A stretch of DNA of 27,354 bases from a virus. Lineage: Duplodnaviria; Caudoviricetes. The stretch lies in IMG/VR virus record IMGVR_UViG_3300031689_000043, positions 1 to 27,354 of that record; one strand, 5' to 3'. Below are positions 5,538 through 14,995 of the stretch, in pieces (the first letter of the stretch is position 1; each line of letters begins with the position of its first letter). Below the pieces are notes generated by a model. That model worked only from the letters and a program-made list of their open reading frames with translations. It was not told where the DNA came from and searched no databases. The position numbers were made by a program, and so were the translations under genes.

Positions 5538-5636
5538 ATGGCCGTTAACATAGGTGAAATACCAATATCAAACATATACATAGGAGACACGCCTGTGTCA
5601 GCAGTATATATAGGAGCTATACAAGTATATCCATAA
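5538..5636 (+). CDS. tail-fibre-associated mini-protein (32 aa)
   Basis: Manual translation MAVNIGEIPISNIYIGDTPVSAVYIGAIQVYP; the IYIG..V..VYIG...VYP beta-repeat is typical of phage fibre-associated peptides; A-rich leader. Confidence 0.75.
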   Translation: MAVNIGEIPISNIYIGDTPVSAVYIGAIQVYP

Positions 5637-5649
5637 CAAAATATAACAC

Positions 5650-8600
5650 ATGTCTATAATTTATTCTTACCCAACAACATCACCAACGCTAGATGACCTA
5701 TTAATAGGTACCGATGTTGGAGAAGATAATGCTACTAAGAGCTTTACAGTACAAAGTTTAGTGTCGTTGATAAACGCAGCTGCAGGCACAGGTACGGTAA
5801 CCGATATTACTATATTTACTTCAGACGCATTTCTAACAGCTACAAAAACATCACAGCCTGGTGCCCCAGCTATAACCTATACAGTAGGATTAACATCTTT
5901 ACCCTCTGTGGATGCTGCAATAGCTGCCACTCAATTTCTACGAGGAGACAATGTATGGACAACACCTACAGTTTCCGCTGGTATTAGTGTGTTTGGCAAT
6001 GGAGCTCAATTAATAACTAATGATGTAAGCCAGTTTTCTTTTATAGGTAGTGGTGTTTCTACTACCGCTGGAGCTAATGGCTCTGTAACTGTAGAAGTTT
6101 TAGAGCAAACTAGCGACGTGAGCTCCGTAATAGGTAGAGATGGAATATCCGTATCTCCGGTATCTGGTCAAGGTGATCTTGTTGTTACTAATTCTGGAGT
6201 TACTCAAATAACTACAGGCACAGGCCTTACGGCCACTAGAGGCGGAACAGCTGTTACTACTGGAGACATACTATTAAGTCTAGACGGTAACGCAGTAGGA
6301 GCTGGAACAGTTACTTCTGTATTTGCAGGACCTGGTCTTAGAATACAGTCTGGATTAGCAACAGTATCTCCAACTTTAGCAGTACAATATACAGGAGATC
6401 AAAACATAATAGCTCAAGGAATAAATGCAGATGCTGTAACTGAGTCTGATCAAATACTATTCAATCAAGTAAGCTCAACCCCCGCAAATGTAAAGTCTAC
6501 AACGTTAGGAACTATTCCTATGGACTCTTTACCTTTAGTAAAAGAATATATAGACAGCTCAGAAAGGGGTTTTGTATCTAATTTAACAGATACATTTGAC
6601 ACTGCAGTAGCTAAAAACATAATAACATTAGAGCAAAGTCAATATAATGGACTAGTAACAGCTGGAACTACTAATGCTAATACATTATATTTTACAACTG
6701 GCGTGGTTGTTGTTCCTACAGAAACTAGACTAGCTATAGACATATCAAACATAACAAACAGTACTGGAGTTACTCCAATACCTGTAACTTTTAGTGGAAA
6801 CCAACCTTATTCGGGAACAGGCTCTACTAGAACAGGTCAACCAGGGGCAACAATCGCACCTGCTTATAGTTCTAATATAGTAATAGACACAGCTCTATAC
6901 GCTTGGCAAAATGGTGTAGTTCCAGTAATTACAAATGCTACTGGAGTTTATCCAGCAACAGGCTTTAGCACGGTTGCCTCTTCATTTAGCACAGCGGTAC
7001 TAATATTAAAGCCAGCAACACAAAGTACATCGACATTAAACACTTCATTTGGAAGAACATTTACTTTAGATGGTATTTCATGGCCATCAGCTCCTTCTAA
7101 TTTAATTAATACTACCTACACTGGATCACCAGCAGTTAATCCAGCTATATCTGGAGGCGCTGGAACTAATTACAACAATATAACTCAGTGGAATGTAGAC
7201 TTCACTTATTCAGGTACTGATTATGTGATGAGCAATAAAACCATTACTTACGACCCGGTTCAAGGTAATTACGATGGCGGAACTGTTGACGTTGCACTAA
7301 CTGCTGACTTTGTTACAGCTACAGCTTCTGGTACCCCTAGCGTTGTTATACAAGATTTAGTTAATACAGATCAAGGAGCTCAAAGAAATATAGCATACGA
7401 AGTTGGAATATGGCCTAATCCTTTGACTGGTAGCGCCTTCGACGGTTATAAGGTTCCTGCATCAACAACTGGAGAAACAATAACAATACCCATAACGTAC
7501 GCTCCTTTTTTAACAGTTGGTACTTCAACGATTTTCCAAATGAACGCTACTTCATCTTTTATTGGAACTCCTCCAACTAATGATTATCAGTTTATTAATC
7601 CCGTTAGCAATTACGCTACAGCAACATCAGGCCCAGGAAACACAGCTACATTCGCCGTGGCTGCAGGTGGAGGAACAAATGCATTAACTATTGCAAGCAC
7701 TGGAAATAATACAGCATCGTTTACAATCAGTGGAACTACTGCAATAAAAACAGGTAGTTCAAGACTTTCATCTGTTGGCTTTAACACTCCATACGGCTGG
7801 GATAATATGACGCCTGGATCTGGATTTAGTACTTGGGCAGGACAATGGAAAGCTAGGGCTCAATATAGATTGACGCCTGACGGAGAAGCTGCTGGAGGTT
7901 GGATTCCTACACCATTTAGCACGGGCGGAACTGATGGTCAAAACGACCCTCCTGTTTTTCCCACGCCTAGAATTGAAAATATAAATTTAAACACTACGGT
8001 AGAGTGGAGATATGAAATTGTTTTTAGTTCACAACTTACAACTCAATTGCCTTTTGTAATAAGCTCTATATCAAGTCCAGCATCTCCCGACACAACAGAT
8101 TTTGGACCTCAAACGGCTTTAAACGGGAATAACCAATCAACAGGCGCAAACAACACAGGTGCTTCTGTTAGTTATATAACACCAGTAATAGCTTCTCATT
8201 ATGTTCATTTATCAAATGTAGGATCAAGCGTACAACCTTCATCTATTATTAAGTTTGACAGTGGTAAATTTATAGAAAATCTTACTTACCTTCAAAATGG
8301 AATATCACCGGGACAAAGTTCAGCTGTAAATGCTTGCTGTGACGTTGGTAGACAAGACGATCTTTACTACTACTTAGGATCAGGATCTGCTACAAGTTTA
8401 CTTGGAGCTACATTATACAGTGACGCGTTAGGTTTAAATGTGTTACCTTCTAAATTCTATCAAGTTGCATCGGGCGCTTCAAATGCATCTATATATATAA
8501 ACAATAGCAATGGTATCGTAAGTATAGGAAAAGTACCATGCGCAGCGTGTGTTACTATTGTTAGATATCCAATACAGTTAATACGTCAAGGACCAGAAAG

Positions 8601-9258
8601 TGGCACGACCCTTGGAGGCTCTTTTAGTAATGAAGTTGATGCAAATAGATCAGCTAGTTATATAGGTTACCAAAGAAATACCTTTAACACCGCTACTCTA
8701 GGAATTCCTCAATTAATAACTGTTTGGTTACAAAAAGGAACCGGAAACACAAACACAACTAAAATAGAGAGTGGTGATGGAGTGTTTAGATATTCTGACA
8801 CCTCTGACGGTAGCGGCATAGGCAGCAACACTTGGTGGGCCACGTCTGGAAATGCAGCAACAAACACACTAGACCAGGCTCAAGCATTCTTTATGAGTGG
8901 TTCTGGTAGTGAATTTGCAGGAAGTCAGGTTACTACTGTTTCCGATGCAACCTATACAATGGTAGAATTAACAAGATCCTTTTCCACCAACAGTACTGGT
9001 CAAGCGTGTGCTGCAAATCTAGATGCGCCTATTTATATACTTAAAAGCGGAAGAAACTTGAATGCTTTAGCTTTACAGAATCAAGATTTTGTTTTTGGTA
9101 ATTTCAATCGAACAAATCTACTTACAGCTGGTAAGTATTACAAGATTAGTTTTCAAACCTCTGCTGGAGCTGGAGGAGCGCCTGTGGTAGGTCGATTCAA
9201 TTTGCCAAGTGGATCTGTATCTCAAGGGATAGCATCTTCAAGTATTCAAAATTGCTAA
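5650..9258 (+). CDS. large tail fibre/adhesin-like virion protein (1202 aa)
   Basis: T/G/S-rich; fibre motifs FLRGDNVW, GTGTVT and GVTQITTGTGL; N-terminus shared with the next gene; Cys-containing C-terminal modules. Confidence 0.8.
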   Translation: MSIIYSYPTTSPTLDDLLIGTDVGEDNATKSFTVQSLVSLINAAAGTGTVTDITIFTSDAFLTATKTSQPGAPAITYTVGLTSLPSVDAAIAATQFLRGDNVWTTPTVSAGISVFGNGAQLITNDVSQFSFIGSGVSTTAGANGSVTVEVLEQTSDVSSVIGRDGISVSPVSGQGDLVVTNSGVTQITTGTGLTATRGGTAVTTGDILLSLDGNAVGAGTVTSVFAGPGLRIQSGLATVSPTLAVQYTGDQNIIAQGINADAVTESDQILFNQVSSTPANVKSTTLGTIPMDSLPLVKEYIDSSERGFVSNLTDTFDTAVAKNIITLEQSQYNGLVTAGTTNANTLYFTTGVVVVPTETRLAIDISNITNSTGVTPIPVTFSGNQPYSGTGSTRTGQPGATIAPAYSSNIVIDTALYAWQNGVVPVITNATGVYPATGFSTVASSFSTAVLILKPATQSTSTLNTSFGRTFTLDGISWPSAPSNLINTTYTGSPAVNPAISGGAGTNYNNITQWNVDFTYSGTDYVMSNKTITYDPVQGNYDGGTVDVALTADFVTATASGTPSVVIQDLVNTDQGAQRNIAYEVGIWPNPLTGSAFDGYKVPASTTGETITIPITYAPFLTVGTSTIFQMNATSSFIGTPPTNDYQFINPVSNYATATSGPGNTATFAVAAGGGTNALTIASTGNNTASFTISGTTAIKTGSSRLSSVGFNTPYGWDNMTPGSGFSTWAGQWKARAQYRLTPDGEAAGGWIPTPFSTGGTDGQNDPPVFPTPRIENINLNTTVEWRYEIVFSSQLTTQLPFVISSISSPASPDTTDFGPQTALNGNNQSTGANNTGASVSYITPVIASHYVHLSNVGSSVQPSSIIKFDSGKFIENLTYLQNGISPGQSSAVNACCDVGRQDDLYYYLGSGSATSLLGATLYSDALGLNVLPSKFYQVASGASNASIYINNSNGIVSIGKVPCAACVTIVRYPIQLIRQGPESGTTLGGSFSNEVDANRSASYIGYQRNTFNTATLGIPQLITVWLQKGTGNTNTTKIESGDGVFRYSDTSDGSGIGSNTWWATSGNAATNTLDQAQAFFMSGSGSEFAGSQVTTVSDATYTMVELTRSFSTNSTGQACAANLDAPIYILKSGRNLNALALQNQDFVFGNFNRTNLLTAGKYYKISFQTSAGAGGAPVVGRFNLPSGSVSQGIASSSIQNC

Positions 9259-9281
9259 TTTTAAAAAATAAAATATAAAAT

Positions 9282-12200
9282 ATGTCAATAATATATAGTT
9301 ATCCAGAGCAAACGGCTCTAAACGACAATGATACTCTACTGGGTACGTCAGCTGCTCTGGTTGGCGGCAAGAAAAAGAATATAACTAGAAATTTTTCTTT
9401 AAGCGATTTGTCTACTTATTTTGGGGTTGGTAGCGTAATAAATCCAACTGCTAGTGATTTTAAATTAGCTGTATTTAACCAAGGCGGCACTAAAATAACA
9501 GACTCTATAATAAGTCAAGATGCTTTAGTTGGAACCTCTGTAACTATAGCTGGTAACTTAACAGCAGCTGGTAACTTAACAGCGAACACAACTACATTAA
9601 ACGGATTTCTTACCGTAAATGGAGGAGCTAATTTAGGTACAGGCGCTACAGGCGAATTAATAGCACTTGTCTCTACAACGAGACTCAATGCTCCAATTCA
9701 AGATCAACTTGGCAATGTAGGAGCGTTAGATCAAATTTTAATTTCAGATACAGCTGGTAGAGTTAGCTGGCAAAATTATACTTCTGGTTTAACTTACACA
9801 GGAAATTGGGATGCTACTAACAATATAACAGCGCCACAAGGAGTTCCTATTGTTTCCAGTGTTGGAACTAATGGAGAGTTTTATATAGTAACAGTAGCTG
9901 GTAATACGCAATTAAATGGACAACCACCAACTGCAACTACGCCTGCTTATTGGCAAACAGGAGACTGGGTTGTTTTTGTTGAAAACGGAGGTTCAGGCAT
10001 TTGGCAAAAAATTGATAATAGTTCTGCATTAACAGGCACAGGTACAGATAACAAAATAGCGATGTGGACAGGCGGTGCAACTCCATCTACTTCATTAACT
10101 GATTCTTTAATATCTCAAGCAGGTACAGTTGTTTCTGTAGCTGGTTTTTTAAGAGTTGATGACACTATTGAAAGTACAACGGCTAATACAAATCTTAAAA
10201 TTCAAGGAAGTGGAACCGGCGCAGTAGAAGTTAGAGGTTTTGGTGGAATAACAGGACAAGCAGGTAGAATACAATTCAATTGCTCAAACAATAACCATGG
10301 TGTTTCTATTCAAGGTCCGCCTCACTCAGCTGCACAAAATTACACATTAACATTACCTGTGAACGTAGGTAGTTCTGGCGACGTTCTAACAACAGACTCA
10401 GCTGGCACACCTAGTCAACTATCATGGTCAACGCCTGATACTTATGATTTAAGTGCAGGTGCTAAATCAGGCACTAGCGTTCCTTTGAATTTAACCTCTG
10501 TATCAGGCACTGATGATTCTGCTGTTAATTTAACAGAAGGAACTGGTATAACATTAACACAAACCTCAGCTACAGAAATAACAATAGCGGGTACAGCTCA
10601 AGGAATAACAGGTTCAGGAACAGCATCAAAACTACCTAAATTTGCAACTTCAACTTCTTTAGATGATTCAATCGTTACTCAAGGTGGAGGTACTACAACC
10701 ATAACACCACTTAATGAAGGTGGTCAAATTCCCGCGTCGATTAATTTTAATATGCAGACCTCTTCGTTTTCAATGGTGAGTTATGCAACCAGAAACACAG
10801 TGACGGGTCCTGCTCCTCAAGTTGGAGATGTATTTAATTTTGTATTAACATCAGACTTAACGTGGGCAGTAGGTGGAGGAGTGATTCCAGCCGGCACATA
10901 CCCATTTACAATAACATTTGTGGGAAGCGGTACGCTATCATGTAATTTCAATTCATATTCAACAACTGGAGGTGCTACGGGCACTGGTTACAATAACTTA
11001 GTAGGTAATGGATCTTCTACAAGTGTCAGTTCTTTAAGCACCTTATCTATAGATGGTGAGCTTAGTATGGCTACGCATCAAATAAAAAATGTAGTAAACC
11101 CTACGGATGCTCAAGATGCAGCTACTAAAAACTATGTAGATTCAATACCTACAGGGGTTACTACGTTTACAAACGTAAATGGAACTTATGTTTCTGCAGC
11201 TACTGAAAACACAAGTCAAAATGGAAATGTAACTACAGGTATTATAGATCTAAGTGCTGTAGATGGAACGTCAGATTCTACTACTAAATTTCTAAGTAAA
11301 GATAACACATGGGATGTTCCTAGCTATACAACAAACACAGACACAACCTATAATTTAAGCGCAGGCGTTTTAGGTTCTAATAGTATTCCTTTAAAACTAG
11401 ACGCCAGCACTGGTACTGATTCTGCTGTTAACTTAACAGGAGGAACTGGTATAACGCTAGCTCGAACTTCAGGAACTGAAATAACAATAACGGGTTCTGC
11501 TCAAGGAGTAACAAGTGTAACTGGTGATAGCACTACTATCGCAGCAACTGCAGGAAATACACCAGTAATATCCGCTATAACAGCTCCAGGAATTGCATTA
11601 GGTAATGCTAATTTAGCGACAGGAGGTCAAATACAATCTGCAATAAACACAGCTTTATCAGGCGCAATTACTTTTAAAGGTACATTCGATGCTAATACAG
11701 GTACAATAACAGGTGGAACTGATAAGTTATATAATCCAGGTGCTAACTCCAACACGATAGCTGTTGCGATAGGTGATATGTATGTGGCAAGTACTGCTGG
11801 TAATTTTTTCGGTAATGCTTCTACTCCATTAAGCGTAGGAGACGAGGTTATAGCTACTGTAGCGTCCACTATAAGTCCTTCTGTTTCTGTAGAGAGCAAT
11901 TACAGTGCAGTTCCTTCATCTGGTGGAGCTTTCTTACCACTATCCGGTGGAACTTTAACAGGAAATTTAACAGGAACATCTGTAACTTTTACAGGAGTTG
12001 TAAGTTTAGATGGCACCAATCAAATTTATTTTGTACCACAAGCAGGAGAAAGTAATAACGAAGCAATGAGGATAGTAAGGTCTTCAGATACAATGTTTTT
12101 TACTTATGGTATAAATGCCCCTGATACAGCATTTTCTTTTAATAGCTCAGGTAATACAACTTTTGAAGGAGACTTAACCCTTAACGGTGCACTTACTCAA

Positions 12201-13940
12201 ACAACCAATGTTGTTAGTTCGTTTGTAGGAAACTTAGGGATAGGAACTACTGCTCCTCTCAGTGGATTTAAATTAGATGTTGTTGGAGGAGATTTAAGAG
12301 TAGCGGATGATGCTACTACTAATGGTTTCGAGGCAGGGTACTCAGCTGGAGGTTCTAATGCGTTTATTCAAGGATACAATAGAGCTACTAACGTCTTTAC
12401 TGACATGTTAATTAATAATTCTGTCACAGTGGAAGCAGGTGGCGACGTTGGTATCGGAACTACTGCTCCTGATACAGCTTTAACTGTTAACGGAAGTATA
12501 AGCCTTTCTTACAATGCAACATCGTCTTTTCAAGGTATGAAAAGAGGAGCTATTTACACTGAGACAGAATTTTACAACGTTACAACAAGCGATCCGACAA
12601 AACCTTTATATAATTTCACTAACAGTGTGGGAGGTTCAAATTTAGTCATAACACAAGGAGGCAATATTGGTATCGGAACTCTTACTCCTGATGCACTTTT
12701 AAATATAGAAAGTCCTAATGTTGATACAGCTAGAATTAGATTGGGATGCACAAGGGATGGAACGTGGGCTATAGGAAACACTATAGGCTCACTAGACTTT
12801 TTCTCAGCAGATACTAACACACCAGGAGCAGTGCTTAGAGGTTCTGTGTCCATGAAAGCAGAGACTACAACTGGTTCTGATATGGGTATGGCATTTGCTA
12901 CTTACAACAATACCGAGCGCATGAGAATTGCAGCTTCAGGTAATGTTGGTATAGGATCAAACTCCCCGCAAGCTAAACTTACTTTAAGAGGTAACACTAA
13001 TAACTACGCCCAAGCACCTGTAATTAGATTTGATTCAACAGCTACGAATGCTAATGTTAGAAACTGGGGTATTGGTCCCGCGGATTCTAATTTTGGTAAT
13101 TTTCATATTTATAAGAGTGGAGCAATAGGCAACAACCCTATAACTAACGCTGGGGCGGAAACTTTCACTATTGATTACCTAGGCAGCGTTGGTATTGGGA
13201 ACATAAATCCTGGAGATTACAGCAGTGATGCTAATAATCTAGTTGTAGGCTCTTTGAGTGGAGATAATGGTATAACAATATTATCTGGATCAAACAGTAA
13301 ATTTGGTAGTGTATATTTTGCTGATGCCGCAACTAATAATAAAGTTTATTCAGGATATATAAGGTATCAACATGATCAATCTGATATGACCTTTGGTACT
13401 AATGAAGTTGAAAGAATGCGTATAACAGTTGACGGAGATATTAAGTTTTCGGGGAATAGTCATACTCCTTACATTCAACTTGTTAATAGTGGTAGAACTG
13501 CAGCAAGTCCTGGTTATACTTTTAATAACGACGTAAATACAGGAATGTTCCAACCTTCTGGAAGTGCTGATACTATTGCTTTTTCAACTGCTGGCACAGA
13601 AAGAATGCGTATAACATCTGCGGGTAGCATCCAACTTAACGCTTATGGTGCTGGTACATTGGTTTCAGATGCTAATGGTAATATTACAGCATCAGGTAGT
13701 GGTGGTGGCGGAGGAGTATTAACAAAAAAACTATTTGCATCTTTATCTTCAGCTACGACTTCTTTCGCGTTAACCTCTGGTATAAACCCTGCAGACATAA
13801 ACTATGTAAATATATTTATAGATGGTGTTTATCAAAATTCAGGTAGCTATTCAATAGCACAAGCAGGAGCCATTACAACAGTAACTTTATCCGTTGCAGC
13901 ACCTGTAGGAACGAGTGTAGAAATAGTATCAACAACATAA
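9282..13940 (+). CDS. long tail fibre protein (1552 aa)
   Basis: Five GNVGIG-type repeats, three ERMRI motifs, DAATKNYVD, YTGNWDA..GDW and FLPLSGGTLTG fibre motifs; internal duplication. Confidence 0.88.
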   Translation: MSIIYSYPEQTALNDNDTLLGTSAALVGGKKKNITRNFSLSDLSTYFGVGSVINPTASDFKLAVFNQGGTKITDSIISQDALVGTSVTIAGNLTAAGNLTANTTTLNGFLTVNGGANLGTGATGELIALVSTTRLNAPIQDQLGNVGALDQILISDTAGRVSWQNYTSGLTYTGNWDATNNITAPQGVPIVSSVGTNGEFYIVTVAGNTQLNGQPPTATTPAYWQTGDWVVFVENGGSGIWQKIDNSSALTGTGTDNKIAMWTGGATPSTSLTDSLISQAGTVVSVAGFLRVDDTIESTTANTNLKIQGSGTGAVEVRGFGGITGQAGRIQFNCSNNNHGVSIQGPPHSAAQNYTLTLPVNVGSSGDVLTTDSAGTPSQLSWSTPDTYDLSAGAKSGTSVPLNLTSVSGTDDSAVNLTEGTGITLTQTSATEITIAGTAQGITGSGTASKLPKFATSTSLDDSIVTQGGGTTTITPLNEGGQIPASINFNMQTSSFSMVSYATRNTVTGPAPQVGDVFNFVLTSDLTWAVGGGVIPAGTYPFTITFVGSGTLSCNFNSYSTTGGATGTGYNNLVGNGSSTSVSSLSTLSIDGELSMATHQIKNVVNPTDAQDAATKNYVDSIPTGVTTFTNVNGTYVSAATENTSQNGNVTTGIIDLSAVDGTSDSTTKFLSKDNTWDVPSYTTNTDTTYNLSAGVLGSNSIPLKLDASTGTDSAVNLTGGTGITLARTSGTEITITGSAQGVTSVTGDSTTIAATAGNTPVISAITAPGIALGNANLATGGQIQSAINTALSGAITFKGTFDANTGTITGGTDKLYNPGANSNTIAVAIGDMYVASTAGNFFGNASTPLSVGDEVIATVASTISPSVSVESNYSAVPSSGGAFLPLSGGTLTGNLTGTSVTFTGVVSLDGTNQIYFVPQAGESNNEAMRIVRSSDTMFFTYGINAPDTAFSFNSSGNTTFEGDLTLNGALTQTTNVVSSFVGNLGIGTTAPLSGFKLDVVGGDLRVADDATTNGFEAGYSAGGSNAFIQGYNRATNVFTDMLINNSVTVEAGGDVGIGTTAPDTALTVNGSISLSYNATSSFQGMKRGAIYTETEFYNVTTSDPTKPLYNFTNSVGGSNLVITQGGNIGIGTLTPDALLNIESPNVDTARIRLGCTRDGTWAIGNTIGSLDFFSADTNTPGAVLRGSVSMKAETTTGSDMGMAFATYNNTERMRIAASGNVGIGSNSPQAKLTLRGNTNNYAQAPVIRFDSTATNANVRNWGIGPADSNFGNFHIYKSGAIGNNPITNAGAETFTIDYLGSVGIGNINPGDYSSDANNLVVGSLSGDNGITILSGSNSKFGSVYFADAATNNKVYSGYIRYQHDQSDMTFGTNEVERMRITVDGDIKFSGNSHTPYIQLVNSGRTAASPGYTFNNDVNTGMFQPSGSADTIAFSTAGTERMRITSAGSIQLNAYGAGTLVSDANGNITASGSGGGGGVLTKKLFASLSSATTSFALTSGINPADINYVNIFIDGVYQNSGSYSIAQAGAITTVTLSVAAPVGTSVEIVSTT

Positions 13941-13947
13941 TTATAAT

Positions 13948-14994
13948 ATGGCATTAACTAAAGTTTCAACTGGAGTAGTAGATATGAGTGGTAGCACTGG
14001 AGCTTTAGAAATAGCTAAAGGTGCTACAACTGCGGTCGCGGCACCACTTGGTACGCTTCGAGCTAACACAACCACCAATAAAATGGAAGTCTACGCTTCC
14101 ACTGGCTGGAGAATTTTAAAAGAAGGTGGAGATGTTTTAACTGCTTTAACGGTTGACTACTTAGCAGTTGCTGGTGGTGGCGCTGGAGGAAATTCATATG
14201 GAGCTTCAGGTTCTGGTGGTGGTGCTGGAGAGTTTTTATATAAAACCGGGCAATCTTTAGCTGCTGGAGTGCAATATAATGTAACTATAGGGGCTGGAAG
14301 TATTTGCGCGGCAAGTCCAAACAGCCCGTCTCCAAATGGAGGTGATTCAACTTTTAATTCCGACACGACAAATGGCGGTGGTGGTGGTGTAAATGCAGAG
14401 GCAATTCCAAATCCAGGCATTAGCGGAGGTTCTGGAAGTGGGGGTTTGTTTAATGGCACTGGAGGATCTTCTTTAAAAACAGCAGGAGGATTAGGTAATA
14501 GTGGAGGAGCTGGTGGACCTGTAAGTGGTCGTTATACAGGTGGTGGTGGTGGTGGCGCTTCAACCGCAGGCGGCGCAGGCGCATCAACGTTAGCAGGAAA
14601 TGGTGGTGATGGTGAAAGCAACAGCATTACAGGAACTGCGGTAATATACTCAGCTGGTGGAGGCGGTGGAAATTACGGGGTAAACCCAACAGCTCAAGGT
14701 GGTTCTAGTGGTATTGGAGGAAATGCATCTATTACCGGAGTTCCAGCAACTCCAACTAATTACGGTTGTGGTGGAGCCGGTGGGTCTTATAATGGTGCTC
14801 TAAGCATAGCATACCAAGGAGGAAATGCAAGTGACGGAGTTGTAATACTTAGATACCCTGATGCTTATCAAATAAATCTTACGGCTGGAGCTAGCCCTGC
14901 ATTTAACAGTACTAATGCTGTCGTAGGCGCTGATACTATAGTGACAACAATAACCGCTGGCTCAGGAACAATAACATTTAGTTTAAAACCATAA
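13948..14994 (+). CDS. glycine-rich tail/receptor-binding-type protein (348 aa)
   Basis: VDYLAVAGGGAGG...GGGGAG...DGVVILRYP glycine-rich domain common in aquatic phages; MALTKV N-terminus. Confidence 0.8.
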   Translation: MALTKVSTGVVDMSGSTGALEIAKGATTAVAAPLGTLRANTTTNKMEVYASTGWRILKEGGDVLTALTVDYLAVAGGGAGGNSYGASGSGGGAGEFLYKTGQSLAAGVQYNVTIGAGSICAASPNSPSPNGGDSTFNSDTTNGGGGGVNAEAIPNPGISGGSGSGGLFNGTGGSSLKTAGGLGNSGGAGGPVSGRYTGGGGGGASTAGGAGASTLAGNGGDGESNSITGTAVIYSAGGGGGNYGVNPTAQGGSSGIGGNASITGVPATPTNYGCGGAGGSYNGALSIAYQGGNASDGVVILRYPDAYQINLTAGASPAFNSTNAVVGADTIVTTITAGSGTITFSLKP

Positions 14995-14995
14995 T

